Assembly: GCA_023245355.1 (NCBI GenBank)
Contig: JAHFKN010000003.1
Span: 121,368-185,367 of the forward strand
From: Candidatus Gottesmanbacteria bacterium
GTDB taxonomy: Bacteria > Patescibacteriota > Microgenomatia > UBA10105 > UBA927
Direction of reading: 5' to 3'
Length of the DNA: 64,000 nt
Shown here: piece after piece, positions 48,324 through 58,958 of the stretch
Layout of the letters: every line of letters begins with the position of its first letter
Numbering within the stretch: the first letter of the stretch is position 1
Program-made: the position numbers and the translations under genes
The notes under the pieces: model-generated
The model's database searches: none
Told to the model about the DNA's origin: nothing
Seen by the model: only the letters and a program-made list of their open reading frames with translations

Positions 48324-50318
48324 CTAACCCTCCTTTTTTAACGGTATTGTTATTGATACGGTCGTCCCGTGATTATCGGCAACCGGACTTTTGAGGGTAA
48401 CGGTTCCGCCCCAGCCTTCTACATATGACTTTACTATAAATAACCCCAGTCCTGCACCCTGTGCGTCGGTAAGCCTTCCGGTTGTGGTGCGGTAAAACTT
48501 GGTAAACAGTTTATTCTGTTCTCCGACGGGTATCCCTATACCCGTATCGGTCACGGCGATCTCGACGGCGTTGGGGTGGCGGAGTATATCGACGGTAACG
48601 GAGCCCCCCGGAGTATTGTATTTGACGGCGTTGGACAGAATATTTTCAATTGCCCCGTTTAAGTGTTTCGGGTCGACGGTTGCATGGACGGAAGTCAGTT
48701 TGCTGTTTAGATGTATTTGTATTTTCTGGCGTCTGGCAAAGTCCGCGTTTTCCGAAATCCTAGCCGATATAACCGCTACGACATCTGTTTTTTCCGGATA
48801 GTTCGGCAGTTTTCCCTGAATAATGTGCGCGATGTCCAGAAGTTCGTTTACCGATTTTACCATCAGACGGTTGCTTTCAAATATGCGCATGAGTTTTTCC
48901 CTGATGGCCGGCGGGAGTTTTATGTTCGGATCAATAATCGATTCCAGGTTCCAGCGTATAGCCGTAAGCGGGGAGCGGAGCTGGTGAGCCGCGGTCATAA
49001 GAAATTCATCTTTGGCCCGTTCGAGTTCCTTGCGTTCCGTTATATCCCGGAAATTTATTACGATGGCCTGTACGGACGGATCAAACAGCAAGCTTCTGCC
49101 GATGGTTTCTATCCATATCCACCTGCCGTCCTTATGTTTCATGCGGTACTGTCCGAAAATTGACTCTTTCGGATTCATGACTACGTCTGATAAATCCTTT
49201 TTGGCTTTTTCTACATCTTCCGAATGGATGAATGAAAATCCGCTCCGTCCCAGTACTTCTTCCGGTTTATACCCTAGGACCGTATACGTCGACGGACTGG
49301 CATACGTTATGACGGAGCCCGGGTCTGTCAGAACGACCGCATCGGTATTTTTTTCGATAAGCGCCTGGAACCTCCGTTCACGGGTGTATAACGTCTGATC
49401 GGTATGCTTCCGGTCTTCGACTGCGGCGGCTACCGTAAGTTTGGTTACCCCGATGATCACCATAAATATCTGAAGCTGCTGTAGGGCTTCATTCGTCGTT
49501 GATGCATGTGACATAAACGGACCGGATCCGTGCATGGTCGCATAGGTTGTAACCATCATAATAATCGTAAGCAGGGTTGCTGTTTCCCGGAGCTCAAAAC
49601 GGAATGCCGACCAGATAAGCGGAAGGATAAACAGATACGGATGTGGAAATCTCAGCGGGATAATGATGTAGAAAATTCCGAGCAGAGCAAAACACAACAG
49701 GACAAACTCCGCAGCTTTCAGCGGTTGTATGCTGACTCTTGGGCGTGCATACCACAGAAGCAGTACGGGGGTGAAAACGACAGCGCCGCCCATGTCTCCT
49801 AACCACCAGGTAAGCCAGACCTGATGGGCGAGTGAGGGATCCAACAGTCTTGTACTGATGAGCATGCCGATACCGATTGCAGCGCTGATGGCAGTGGCAA
49901 GCCCGGCAACAAACGCAAACCTGACGACATCCATCGGCCGTTCAAAAACCTTTGTGCCGCTGGCAAACCTGTTTATACACCACGTGGCAATGATAGCTTC
50001 CAATGAGTTGCCGACGGCAATACCCAGGGACGAAAAAAGCATGCCGGATGTCGTCAGATTTACAAAAAATGAACCGATCAGTATGAGCGGCCACATACGT
50101 ATGCCGAAGATAAGCAGTGCCGCAATTGCAAATCCCGTGGGAGGCCAGATAGCCGAAACGTTTGGGTTGATGCTGGCAAATTCCAACCCTATTTTTCCGA
50201 GGATAAAATAGATGACGGCCAGTCCTGCTAAAAGGAAAAGCGATCCTGGATTCGGGACGGCAGTTTTTTTCACGGTCTTATTTAGTTGTACCCCGTTTGT
50301 TTGTGAAATACAACACAA
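48324..50318 (-). CDS. MASE1-PAS sensor histidine kinase (start uncertain, possibly GTG 50273)
   Basis: IWPPTG and WWLGD (MASE1), PAS/PAC ending DITERK, AHQLRSPL, NAVKY, DTGIGI, GAGLGL. Confidence 0.93.
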   Translation of the reverse strand: MCCISQTNGVQLNKTVKKTAVPNPGSLFLLAGLAVIYFILGKIGLEFASINPNVSAIWPPTGFAIAALLIFGIRMWPLILIGSFFVNLTTSGMLFSSLGIAVGNSLEAIIATWCINRFASGTKVFERPMDVVRFAFVAGLATAISAAIGIGMLISTRLLDPSLAHQVWLTWWLGDMGGAVVFTPVLLLWYARPRVSIQPLKAAEFVLLCFALLGIFYIIIPLRFPHPYLFILPLIWSAFRFELRETATLLTIIMMVTTYATMHGSGPFMSHASTTNEALQQLQIFMVIIGVTKLTVAAAVEDRKHTDQTLYTRERRFQALIEKNTDAVVLTDPGSVITYASPSTYTVLGYKPEEVLGRSGFSFIHSEDVEKAKKDLSDVVMNPKESIFGQYRMKHKDGRWIWIETIGRSLLFDPSVQAIVINFRDITERKELERAKDEFLMTAAHQLRSPLTAIRWNLESIIDPNIKLPPAIREKLMRIFESNRLMVKSVNELLDIAHIIQGKLPNYPEKTDVVAVISARISENADFARRQKIQIHLNSKLTSVHATVDPKHLNGAIENILSNAVKYNTPGGSVTVDILRHPNAVEIAVTDTGIGIPVGEQNKLFTKFYRTTTGRLTDAQGAGLGLFIVKSYVEGWGGTVTLKSPVADNHGTTVSITIPLKKEG

Positions 50319-50321
50319 GGG

Positions 50322-51464
50322 TCAGGGAGAGAGGGGAATGGTATCAAGCGCACGCTTGCTTTGTGTATGCCAGTCAAGATAGCCTGAAAAGTCGTGCGCT
50401 TCATCGGAAAGATTGTTGCGTATTTTTTCTTCATCGAGCACGGTTGTGATCATGCGGGTAAATTGAGCAGTGTTAAACGGTACGACATGGAGTACTCCGC
50501 GGGGGTAATCAAGTTTAGGGAGATCATATACGATTCCCGGCGTGCCGCAGGCGAGCGCTTCGTCCAGCGCAAGATTCCCCGTGTCGTGGTGGGAGGCCGA
50601 AATAAACAGGCGTGATGCGGCCAACAGATCGAATTTTTTCTCCCCGTCTATCTGGGGAAGCAATGTTACGTTGTGCTGCAGATTCCCGGAGCGGATTTTG
50701 GTTTCCAATGTGTGCTTAAGAAATCCTGCCCCTGCAATAACCAGCGTGGCATCGTGTTTATGTAACACGACGAGTTTCCAGATGTCGATCAGTTCATCAA
50801 TATTCTTTTGCGGATGAAATCTGCCGATATAGACGGCGTCGTACCGTTTTTTCTTTACACGCGTTACCGCGGCTCGGGCAGCCTGTATATCCGCTCCTCC
50901 CCTGATAGCGGCTGCCTGTTTATGCCAGTGCGTTTGTATAAACAAGGCGTCAGCCGGGCTTGCCGTCCAAATGACTGCAGCATGCAGGCGGGTAAGCGTG
51001 ATGCCGATAACATATTCCGACCAGAAGACCAGCCTGTTTATCCAATTGGATCCGTACGTTCCGCTCCAGGGGGGAGCCAATAACAGATAACAGCCCACGA
51101 CAAGCTGCGCGCGCGGAGTTTTATATTTATCGATAAGCGCAGGCAACAGATCCTGCAGACTCCAGGATCCTGCAAATATGATGTCGGCACCGGGTTTCCG
51201 GGTTATCAGTGCGTCGGCAACTGCATTGATAATATGCGCAATACTTCCGATGAGTACGCTCCGGTGCCCTGTGCGGATGCGGGTAGCTATGTGCAGGGAA
51301 TGTTCGGGCACAGAACGTGTGCGGAAAAATGCCGCAGCTTCCGGGTGAGTAGAAAGCAAAACGGAATGCCCCTGGAGCTCCCAGTATTTGGTAAATTCCG
51401 CGGCAATGACGTCGCCTCCGCTTATGACTTCGTGATAACTATGATCGTATATGCGGATATTCAT
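50322..51464 (-). CDS. GT4 glycosyltransferase
   Basis: SGG N-motif, YIGRFHPQKN, EALACGTP. Confidence 0.88.
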   Translation of the reverse strand: MNIRIYDHSYHEVISGGDVIAAEFTKYWELQGHSVLLSTHPEAAAFFRTRSVPEHSLHIATRIRTGHRSVLIGSIAHIINAVADALITRKPGADIIFAGSWSLQDLLPALIDKYKTPRAQLVVGCYLLLAPPWSGTYGSNWINRLVFWSEYVIGITLTRLHAAVIWTASPADALFIQTHWHKQAAAIRGGADIQAARAAVTRVKKKRYDAVYIGRFHPQKNIDELIDIWKLVVLHKHDATLVIAGAGFLKHTLETKIRSGNLQHNVTLLPQIDGEKKFDLLAASRLFISASHHDTGNLALDEALACGTPGIVYDLPKLDYPRGVLHVVPFNTAQFTRMITTVLDEEKIRNNLSDEAHDFSGYLDWHTQSKRALDTIPLSP

Positions 51465-52474
51465 GGGGTAAACACATCATGACGATCGCTGAATTCATCA
51501 CTGAACATCCGCGTATTTCCTCCGAGAATATGTATATGTGAATTGACAGCTACCGAGGATGCAGCGTAGCGTGCCTCTTGTAAATCAGTGTGCCGTATCC
51601 AGCGTTTTGTCCGGGTATTGTACTCGAACACGTATCGTGAGACGGCCCAGCCTTGCTCGCCCCCGAAGATATATATGCTCTCACCTAAACCGACAGAAGC
51701 AAATCCGCATAGTCTCATCGGTAAGGGAGGCGCACTTTCCCAGCGGCGGGTTTTGGGGTCGTATACTTCATGTGTCGTAAGCGCGCCGAACCGGTCGGTA
51801 TTGTAGCCGCCCAATACATGCAGTTTGCCGGCTATTGCTGCAGCCGCCAAATGCTCTCTGGGGGTGGGCATATCAGGTAATCGGGACCAGGAAGACGTGT
51901 TGGTGTCATAGGCTTCCAGTGTCGCATATTTTTTGCCGTAATCAGCTCCTCCGACTGCGTAGAGTATGTGGTCGATACACACGAGTCCGAGTGCGCCCCT
52001 GCGGGTCGGCATGTCGGCTAAACGCTTCCATACACGGGTTTTGGGGGTATACTGCCAGGCGAAAGAAAGCGGGGTGATCCGTATACCGCATCCGCCTACG
52101 ACATAGATATGATTGGGCCCTGCGGCCACACCCGGGTGATGGGCTACATGCGGAACGTCGGGTAACGTCTCCCAGGAATTGTCCTTCACATTGTATGCTT
52201 CAAACGCAGCGGTAGGGAGCCATACGGACGGCTGGAATATTCCTCCTGCCACATAGATGGTATTATCCAAAGCCGCAGCATTGAACTCATACCGGTGGGA
52301 AGGCAAATCAGCCGCGCGGGTCATGGTACTTTTGTCATTTACAGGCATACCGGAAGGAGGACCTTCGATTGTCTTACGGTCAGGGCGGTACCAAAGGTCG
52401 CGGAGGACATACAAAACACCGAGTCCGAATTTCGTCAGAAGAAATAATGGTTGCAGGAGGGGCTGGTGTTCCAT
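51461..52474 (-). CDS. Kelch-repeat beta-propeller protein
   Basis: Six GG...Y...W repeats (IYVAGG, IYVVGG, LYAVGG, LHVLGG, IYIFGG, IHILGG). Confidence 0.92.
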   Translation of the reverse strand: MEHQPLLQPLFLLTKFGLGVLYVLRDLWYRPDRKTIEGPPSGMPVNDKSTMTRAADLPSHRYEFNAAALDNTIYVAGGIFQPSVWLPTAAFEAYNVKDNSWETLPDVPHVAHHPGVAAGPNHIYVVGGCGIRITPLSFAWQYTPKTRVWKRLADMPTRRGALGLVCIDHILYAVGGADYGKKYATLEAYDTNTSSWSRLPDMPTPREHLAAAAIAGKLHVLGGYNTDRFGALTTHEVYDPKTRRWESAPPLPMRLCGFASVGLGESIYIFGGEQGWAVSRYVFEYNTRTKRWIRHTDLQEARYAASSVAVNSHIHILGGNTRMFSDEFSDRHDVFTP

Positions 52475-52551
52475 GGTACGATTACGTGTATACGCATTAT
52501 ACCGGATTCTAGTGAGTAAGGGAAAAAAGGTGTAAGATATCCTACAGAAGC

Positions 52552-54363
52552 ATGAAAAATATCGTCAACATATTCCGGTTTACCAAAAGCTTCCGCGGCT
52601 GGTATGCCGCGATGAGTCTGTTTATCATCGTTTCCTCGCTTCTGAATTTTGTGACACCGTTTGTGTTGAAGCGGATTGTCGATGTGATCACGGACCAAAT
52701 TACCGGAAAAACAGGTGAACTGACGGTTATTTATTGGGCATTAGGAATTCTGTTGTTTTCCGATATTATCGGCACCGTTCTGACGGCCTACAGCATGTGG
52801 ATTGGTGACCTGCTTGCCGTCAAACTTCAGACGTTTCTGTCTTCTAAGTTTTATAAGCACGTGCTTTCCCTGGATGTCGGATATTTCGACAACATGGCAA
52901 TAGGAAATCTCACCAATAAGCTCTATCGGGGCATTGCAAGTATTACGAATTTTATCCAGAGTGCGACAAACAACTTTCTGCCGTTTTTTCTCACCGCCTT
53001 TATCACGATCGGGATACTTATGATGTATTCTCCCGTTGTCGGCATATTGCTGGCTGCATTGTTCCCGCTCTATACGGTGATCACACATCGTTCCTCCATG
53101 GCGTGGGGGAAACATGAGGGCAAAAAAAACGAAATAGGGGACATATCGCAGGGCAGGGCGCTTGAGAGTTTGTCGGGCATACGGGTGGTGAAAGCGTTTG
53201 TCGGCGAGTTGTTTGAATTCAAAACATTTGTGGCCGCCCGGGAAAAAATAGAAGCCATTACCCGCCAGCAAACCAAAGAATGGCATCTGTTTGATTTCTA
53301 CCGCAGGATTGTTCTTAATATCGTGTTGTTTATCATTATTTCGTATATTCTCTACCAGACATACCACGGTATCTACACGCTGGGAGAGATGACGCTTCTT
53401 TTGCAGTTGGTCAATCAGGCACGGTTCCCGTTGTTTGCCATGTCATTTATCATCGGACAAATTCAGCAGGCAGACGCCGGAAGCAAGGATTTTTTTGAAG
53501 TATTGAATACTCCGCAGGTCATCACGGACGCACCGCATGCCAAAACATTGGTCTGGCCCAAAGCCGCAAAAGGAACGGTGCTAGCTCTTGACCGGGTTTC
53601 TTTTGCCTACGGCGCTGACCGCGAAGACGTGCTCCGGGATATTTCGTTTTCGCTAGGCCACGGTGAAAAATTGGCGCTGGTCGGAGAAAGCGGGCAGGGG
53701 AAATCGACGCTCGTGAATCTTATCCTGCGGTACTATGTCCCGCGAAAGGGGACGATAACAATGGCCGGTAAGGATATTTCCGGTATTACGAGTGATTCGC
53801 TCCGCAAATATATTTCGATCGTATTTCAGGATGCACTGCTGTTTTCCGGCACTATTGCCGAGAATATCTGTTACGGAAGCCCGGGTGCTACGGATGCCAA
53901 GATGCGTGAAGCGGCTAAATTGGCCAATGCCACGGAATTTATCGACTCGCTGGAGCAAGGGTTTGATACGACAATCGGGGAGCGCGGTATAAAGCTTTCC
54001 GGAGGGCAGAAACAACGTATAGCGATAGCCCGGGCCATTCTTCATGATGCGCCGTTTATTATCTTAGACGAGGCCACAAGTTCGCTCGACAGCAAATCAG
54101 AATTGTTGGTGCAGCAGGGGCTTACGCATCTTACCCGCGGAAAGACGACTATCATTATCGCGCACAGACTTTCCACATTATCGGGAGTCGACAAAATTTT
54201 GGTGCTGCAGGGCGGGAAAATCGGACAGTTCGGTTCTCCGCAGGAACTGCTCCGTGACAAGAACGGGTTGTATGCACGCATGATCGAGCTTCAGAAAACG
54301 CTGCTCGGTGCGACCGAGGAAGAACGTACCCGCGCACTCGAGAAATACGATCTGGTAGGCTAA
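52552..54363 (+). CDS. ABC exporter, fused permease/ATPase
   Basis: TM domain + GESGQGKST, LSGGQKQR, LDEATSSLD, IAHRLST. Confidence 0.95.
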   Translation: MKNIVNIFRFTKSFRGWYAAMSLFIIVSSLLNFVTPFVLKRIVDVITDQITGKTGELTVIYWALGILLFSDIIGTVLTAYSMWIGDLLAVKLQTFLSSKFYKHVLSLDVGYFDNMAIGNLTNKLYRGIASITNFIQSATNNFLPFFLTAFITIGILMMYSPVVGILLAALFPLYTVITHRSSMAWGKHEGKKNEIGDISQGRALESLSGIRVVKAFVGELFEFKTFVAAREKIEAITRQQTKEWHLFDFYRRIVLNIVLFIIISYILYQTYHGIYTLGEMTLLLQLVNQARFPLFAMSFIIGQIQQADAGSKDFFEVLNTPQVITDAPHAKTLVWPKAAKGTVLALDRVSFAYGADREDVLRDISFSLGHGEKLALVGESGQGKSTLVNLILRYYVPRKGTITMAGKDISGITSDSLRKYISIVFQDALLFSGTIAENICYGSPGATDAKMREAAKLANATEFIDSLEQGFDTTIGERGIKLSGGQKQRIAIARAILHDAPFIILDEATSSLDSKSELLVQQGLTHLTRGKTTIIIAHRLSTLSGVDKILVLQGGKIGQFGSPQELLRDKNGLYARMIELQKTLLGATEEERTRALEKYDLVG

Positions 54364-54368
54364 CTTCT

Positions 54369-55037
54369 TTACACTGCCTCTTTGTTCGTACTGTGTGTCA
54401 GAAATTGCGACAGCGCGTTGATTGCGCGTTGTGTATCCAGACTATGTACGACAAATGACAACTCTGCGGGAGTCGATACGGTTTCAATGATGTTGACTCT
54501 GCCGGTAGCAAGCGCTGAGATGAGGGGAAAAATGATGTTGGGCGCTTTTGCATGTTCCGGATCCGCAAACCGTATTGTGATGGCGGCAAGTCCGGTATAC
54601 AGCGTTTTCGGCTGATTTGGAAACTGTGTGACGATTTGTTCCAGGTGCGCGCTGTCGCATATGACGGCAAGTTCACTTTGTCCCTGAGTAATCGCAAAAA
54701 ACGCCGCGGGGTCTATAAGCAGGGTATTGAGTTTGGCAGCTGAAATAACTGCCTCTTTTGTCTTTTCATAGCTGATTTCGCTTATATTCGTGCGTAATGA
54801 CAGCGCGTCAATGCGGATAACAGGCTTGTAGTCGATTTGATGAGCCAGTTTCTTCCGTATCCGGGACAGGAAAACCACGATGGAGGCGACAGGCATAGGT
54901 TTATTGAGGCGCGATACGATTTTGGGGTGCACTTTTTGGGCATACGCGCTCATGTTGAGGTAACCGGCACGCAGTGCTTCACGGGCGACAGCATCACCCA
55001 GGAGGATTTCTTCCAGCAAACCGGAGATGGTAGCCAT
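54369..55037 (-). CDS. ACT-domain protein with helical N-terminus
   Basis: EALRAGYLNMSAYA N-motif; C-terminal PNIIF..LA..VNIIETVST..ELSFVV ACT pattern. Confidence 0.7.
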   Translation of the reverse strand: MATISGLLEEILLGDAVAREALRAGYLNMSAYAQKVHPKIVSRLNKPMPVASIVVFLSRIRKKLAHQIDYKPVIRIDALSLRTNISEISYEKTKEAVISAAKLNTLLIDPAAFFAITQGQSELAVICDSAHLEQIVTQFPNQPKTLYTGLAAITIRFADPEHAKAPNIIFPLISALATGRVNIIETVSTPAELSFVVHSLDTQRAINALSQFLTHSTNKEAV

Positions 55038-55083
55038 TATGTTATAAATGTAACATTAGTAGTCAAATATAACAAATGGTGCA

Positions 55084-55707
55084 TTATGCCTTGCGGTTCT
55101 TTACGGTAGCAAAGCCCATAATCATAAACCAGCAAAGAACGGGGACGGCAATGATTTTCTGGAATATGCCGCGGTACGGGAGTCCTACACCCAGGACAAA
55201 AAACAGAAACCACACGATACTCAGGACAAATGTGCCGTAGCCGATGAATGTGGTGACGCTGCTATATGACTTGTACCGTGGTTCAGCCTTAAAGATTGTT
55301 GCAAGCCTATGGACGCCGATCGGGGAGACAGCCAGGAACAAAATTACGGAGCCTGCGTGTACGAGTCCTATCGGCGTATAGAGCGAAAGCCTTAGCGGGA
55401 TATTTTCGATAGGATCCGTGGGCGCAAGCGCTGCTACGGTAAGAAATACGGCCGAGAGGATAAACAGGGTGCGTACCGCTGCCCTGGAGGCCGATTGCTT
55501 CATGTCCGATGAAAGCCGGTTTCCCAGTACCAAGAGGCTAAGCGCCAGCTGCAGGAAATTGAGCGATTGGATCCACCCGTATTTTTCTATCGCGAGCCTG
55601 CTGATTGTGTAATTGATATGGTTATATCCCGGAGTTACAAATCCCAGTACGATGACCACAATGGTAAAAATTATCGGGCTTATGACCGGAAAAAATCGGA
55701 CAAACAT
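55084..55707 (-). CDS. DUF998-like membrane protein
   Basis: PGYN...TISRL, PTDP, H, GIFQK pattern with about 5 TMs. Confidence 0.78.
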   Translation of the reverse strand: MFVRFFPVISPIIFTIVVIVLGFVTPGYNHINYTISRLAIEKYGWIQSLNFLQLALSLLVLGNRLSSDMKQSASRAAVRTLFILSAVFLTVAALAPTDPIENIPLRLSLYTPIGLVHAGSVILFLAVSPIGVHRLATIFKAEPRYKSYSSVTTFIGYGTFVLSIVWFLFFVLGVGLPYRGIFQKIIAVPVLCWFMIMGFATVKNRKA

Positions 55708-55728
55708 ATACGAAATACCGCGTTGCGT

Positions 55729-56913
55729 TCAGATGAGATGTTTTGTCCGCAGCTGGCGATAGAGTGCGTGTTTCTCAAAGAGAATAGCGCCTGTGCCGAT
55801 CAGGACAAAGACGGCGCGGGCAAGCCAGCCCAAGACCGGGATAAGCGTAAATACTCCCAGGACGATGAGTCCCAAGAGCAGGTGCCATGCCCGGTGTACG
55901 TCAGCTTTTAGCCCCGTAAATATGCCGTTTCCGATGAACACCGCAGCATAGAGGTGTCCTGCTACGCACAGCAGTCCGAGCGCCATAAAGAGAAACATAC
56001 CGATCGGTATGCCGACAATCGTCGACATGGAGGCTATTGCCAACACCGGAAGCAGTATGACCGTGACAATCCCTAACCCGAATGATCCCCACATGTTTTT
56101 CTGCATTCCCTGAACCGTTTTATCGGTAAATACCGGAAACATCGCAAATAGGATGAGTCCCAGGACAAACAGTGCGGCAGTACCTACGACCGCCATGGTA
56201 ATGGCAAATCCCGCGATGATACCTGCAAATGCCTTCATGTCTCCTTTGGCGATTTTGGCCTGCTTTGCTTCATTTTTCGGCATCTGGTGAAATACCAGTT
56301 CTCCTGATAACGCGACATTGTCGGCTATGGTCGCTTCGCGTTCGCCCCAGTAGGTGACGTTTCCGGCAACTTTGGTTTTGGACTGCAGGATAAGTTCATC
56401 GACCGCCAGCAGCATATCGCCGCCGACTGAGTTATTGACCGTAAGTGTACCGGCACCCGCCGTAACCCCCCGTCCTGTGGGGGCGTAAATCCCTATGTTA
56501 CCCGCGCCCGCAAGGATACTGCCGGTGATTTTGGCATCCGGACTTATGATGACCGTGCCTCCGCCGAGCGTGACATTGCCTCCGACGGTACTTCCCAGGG
56601 TAAGCGAGCCGCCTGCGGCCCGGATATCATTTTTGACCGGTCCGCTGACCTGGATCGTGCCTCCGAGGGCAAACAGGTCGCCGTTTATCGTGCCGTCGAT
56701 TACGATTGATCCGCCTGCCAAATACACGTCTCCGTTGACGGTGCCCGATACCCGGACGGAATCACCGGCTGCGAAATAGTCTTTGTTGACGACCTCTTTG
56801 CGTTCCAGCACGGAAACGGTTTGTGGTCTGGAATCAGAAGTAGCATACGCGGAGCGGGCAAAAAACGTAACGGAAAGTAATACGAGGACAAAAAATTTTG
56901 CAAATAATTTCAT
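55729..56913 (-). CDS. Bactofilin-like beta-helix repeat protein with C-terminal TM bundle
   Basis: Signal peptide from ATG 56913 (GAGAGGGG SD); G.V.GD...GG repeats; TIVGIP and IPVLGW TMs. Confidence 0.85.
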   Translation of the reverse strand: MKLFAKFFVLVLLSVTFFARSAYATSDSRPQTVSVLERKEVVNKDYFAAGDSVRVSGTVNGDVYLAGGSIVIDGTINGDLFALGGTIQVSGPVKNDIRAAGGSLTLGSTVGGNVTLGGGTVIISPDAKITGSILAGAGNIGIYAPTGRGVTAGAGTLTVNNSVGGDMLLAVDELILQSKTKVAGNVTYWGEREATIADNVALSGELVFHQMPKNEAKQAKIAKGDMKAFAGIIAGFAITMAVVGTAALFVLGLILFAMFPVFTDKTVQGMQKNMWGSFGLGIVTVILLPVLAIASMSTIVGIPIGMFLFMALGLLCVAGHLYAAVFIGNGIFTGLKADVHRAWHLLLGLIVLGVFTLIPVLGWLARAVFVLIGTGAILFEKHALYRQLRTKHLI

Positions 56914-56975
56914 TGATGTACCCCTCTCTAAACCCACGATACACAATGTGAAAACTAATGTAAATAGTGTGAAAC

Positions 56976-57155
56976 TTACGGGATATATCCGCAGGGGGTA
57001 ACAGGCGGAGTGCTTGCAGGGTTGCCGTGGCGTACCCATGAGCCGTTTACACACCGCCACGTATCTTCCGGTCCTCCAAGGAGAAATCGGGCAATAAACA
57101 TAAGGAGTGCGGCTATCGCGGTAATACCCGCGACTTTTATCCATGTCGTCTGCAT
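56976..57155 (-). CDS. 59-aa single-TM protein with EDTW-C-NG-W-HGNP motif
   Basis: Not in ORF track. MQTTWIKVAGITAIAALLMFIARFLLGGPEDTWRCVNGSWVRHGNPASTPPVTPCGYIP*; TATAAT 7 nt before ATG. Confidence 0.8.
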   Translation of the reverse strand: MQTTWIKVAGITAIAALLMFIARFLLGGPEDTWRCVNGSWVRHGNPASTPPVTPCGYIP

Positions 57156-57217
57156 ATCACCTATTATATACCCTCCCGCTAAACAGGCTGATGCTAGGTT
57201 TGGTACAATAATGCTTC

Positions 57218-58204
57218 ATGATCTGGCAATCACTTCCGCGTCCGTTTCTCATGCTTGCCCCTCTGGAGGGGGTAGCTGATACCGTGTTCCGGCAGATAGT
57301 CGCATCTACCGCCAAACCTGATCTTTTTGTGACGGAATTTACCTCCGCTGACGGATATTGTTCTCCGGGGCGTAAGATCGTGGAAGAAAACTTCGTCTTT
57401 ACTCCTGTAGAACAGCCGCTGATTGCACAAATTTGGGGCAAAAATCCCGGCACGGTGTTTGAAACCGCCAAAGCTATCGCCGGTATGGGATTTGCCGGCA
57501 TCGACATAAATATGGGATGCCCTGACAAAACGGTAATGACGCACGGGGGAGGGGCAGCGATGATCGAAACGCCGGAGATTGCGGCCCAGGTGATCCGGGC
57601 TGCCAAAGACGGCATCAACGCCTCCGGCACAGATATACCGCTGAGTGTAAAAACCCGTATCGGTATCAAACGTATCAACGAATCATGGATTCCATTTCTT
57701 CTGGAACAGGGGATAGACGCGCTTACCGTTCACGGCAGAACGGCCGCGGAGTTGTCCAAGGTACCGGCACACTGGGACGAGATAGGCAAAGCAGTAGAAA
57801 TCCGCAACCGCATGAAGGTGTCTACTATGATTGTCGGCAACGGCGACGTAAAAGATGCCAAAGACGCAATGGAAAAACACCGGCAGTATGGTGTGGACGG
57901 CGTCATGATCGGCCGCGGAATATTTGCCAATTTGTGGGCGTTTGACAGGTCGCCTACGCCGCACGTGGCTGCCCCCAAAGAATTGTTGGCAGTTATGGAG
58001 CGGCATATCAGGCTGTTCTCCCAAACCTGGGCGCACAAGAAAAATTACGCGATTTTAAAGAAGTTCTACAAAATTTACGTGAACGGATTTCATAGCGCCA
58101 CGGAGTGGCGCGTGCGCTGCATGGCGACCAACAGTCCGGAAGAGATTCTGGCAATTTTGGATGAACTCAACCGCGCAATTGGAACGGAACCGATGATACA
58201 ATAA
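57218..58204 (+). CDS. tRNA-dihydrouridine synthase
   Basis: LAPLEG, TEF, IDINMGCP, SVKTRIG, VHGRT, GNGDV, GVMIGRG. Confidence 0.95.
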   Translation: MIWQSLPRPFLMLAPLEGVADTVFRQIVASTAKPDLFVTEFTSADGYCSPGRKIVEENFVFTPVEQPLIAQIWGKNPGTVFETAKAIAGMGFAGIDINMGCPDKTVMTHGGGAAMIETPEIAAQVIRAAKDGINASGTDIPLSVKTRIGIKRINESWIPFLLEQGIDALTVHGRTAAELSKVPAHWDEIGKAVEIRNRMKVSTMIVGNGDVKDAKDAMEKHRQYGVDGVMIGRGIFANLWAFDRSPTPHVAAPKELLAVMERHIRLFSQTWAHKKNYAILKKFYKIYVNGFHSATEWRVRCMATNSPEEILAILDELNRAIGTEPMIQ

Positions 58205-58211
58205 TTCTATC

Positions 58212-58919
58212 GTGAGTAAAGAATCCCTGTTCCAATACACCTGTGCTGCCGTATTTGCCGCGGGTGTTATATTTGGGCTGTATCGGGTAGACGTATTGGC
58301 TTCGGGAGAACCGGGATTATCAGCACTCAGTGTGGCCACGGCCTCGGGCACACTGTTTCTTTTGGGGTTCGTGCTTCTTATGGGTCCTTTATGCCGGATG
58401 TTTGCCATATTTGACCGGGTGCTTAAATTCCGTAAAGAACTCGGGATCATGACGTTTGTTACTTCACTTACCCATGTGTATCTTGTGATGTTTCCGTTGG
58501 CGCGAAGCGGTCCGTGGGGACTCTTCCGGTCGCGGCCGTTTTCCGCGTATCCCGGACTAGAAGCGCTCATCGTACTGTTTGTCCTGCTTATTTTTTCCTG
58601 GAACTGGTCCATGAAGCTGTTGGGGACCAAACTGTGGTGGGAGCTGCAGTATTGGGGCGCCAGACTTGCATTCGTGTTAATCGGCGTTCACATGGTCGTG
58701 CTCAAATACAAAACGATTGTTTCGTGGGCGATGCCCGGTAATCTGCCGGAAGCGGGCAGTCACATCCCTCCGCTTATTGTCTGGGAAGCACAGTTTCTCC
58801 TGTTGGTGCTTGTAATCCGGCTTTCGGAATTGTTTGGGGTCAAGATTGCGAGAATAATCACTCAGGTATCCACGGCATTAGTGCTTGTCGTGCTGCTATG
58901 GACCACGTTTGCCGGGTGA
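58212..58919 (+). CDS. Ferric reductase-like (MsrQ-type) heme membrane protein
   Basis: RKELG....H motif, W..LQ, second TM His. Confidence 0.7.
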   Translation: MSKESLFQYTCAAVFAAGVIFGLYRVDVLASGEPGLSALSVATASGTLFLLGFVLLMGPLCRMFAIFDRVLKFRKELGIMTFVTSLTHVYLVMFPLARSGPWGLFRSRPFSAYPGLEALIVLFVLLIFSWNWSMKLLGTKLWWELQYWGARLAFVLIGVHMVVLKYKTIVSWAMPGNLPEAGSHIPPLIVWEAQFLLLVLVIRLSELFGVKIARIITQVSTALVLVVLLWTTFAG

Positions 58920-58958
58920 GCGCTTGCATTGTATACGGGCACGTGCCATGATGAATAT

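Noticed and set aside
56914-57144. N-terminal extension of the 471-aa ORF
   Set aside because: Overlaps a better 59-aa gene in another frame; SD and signal peptide place the start at 56913.
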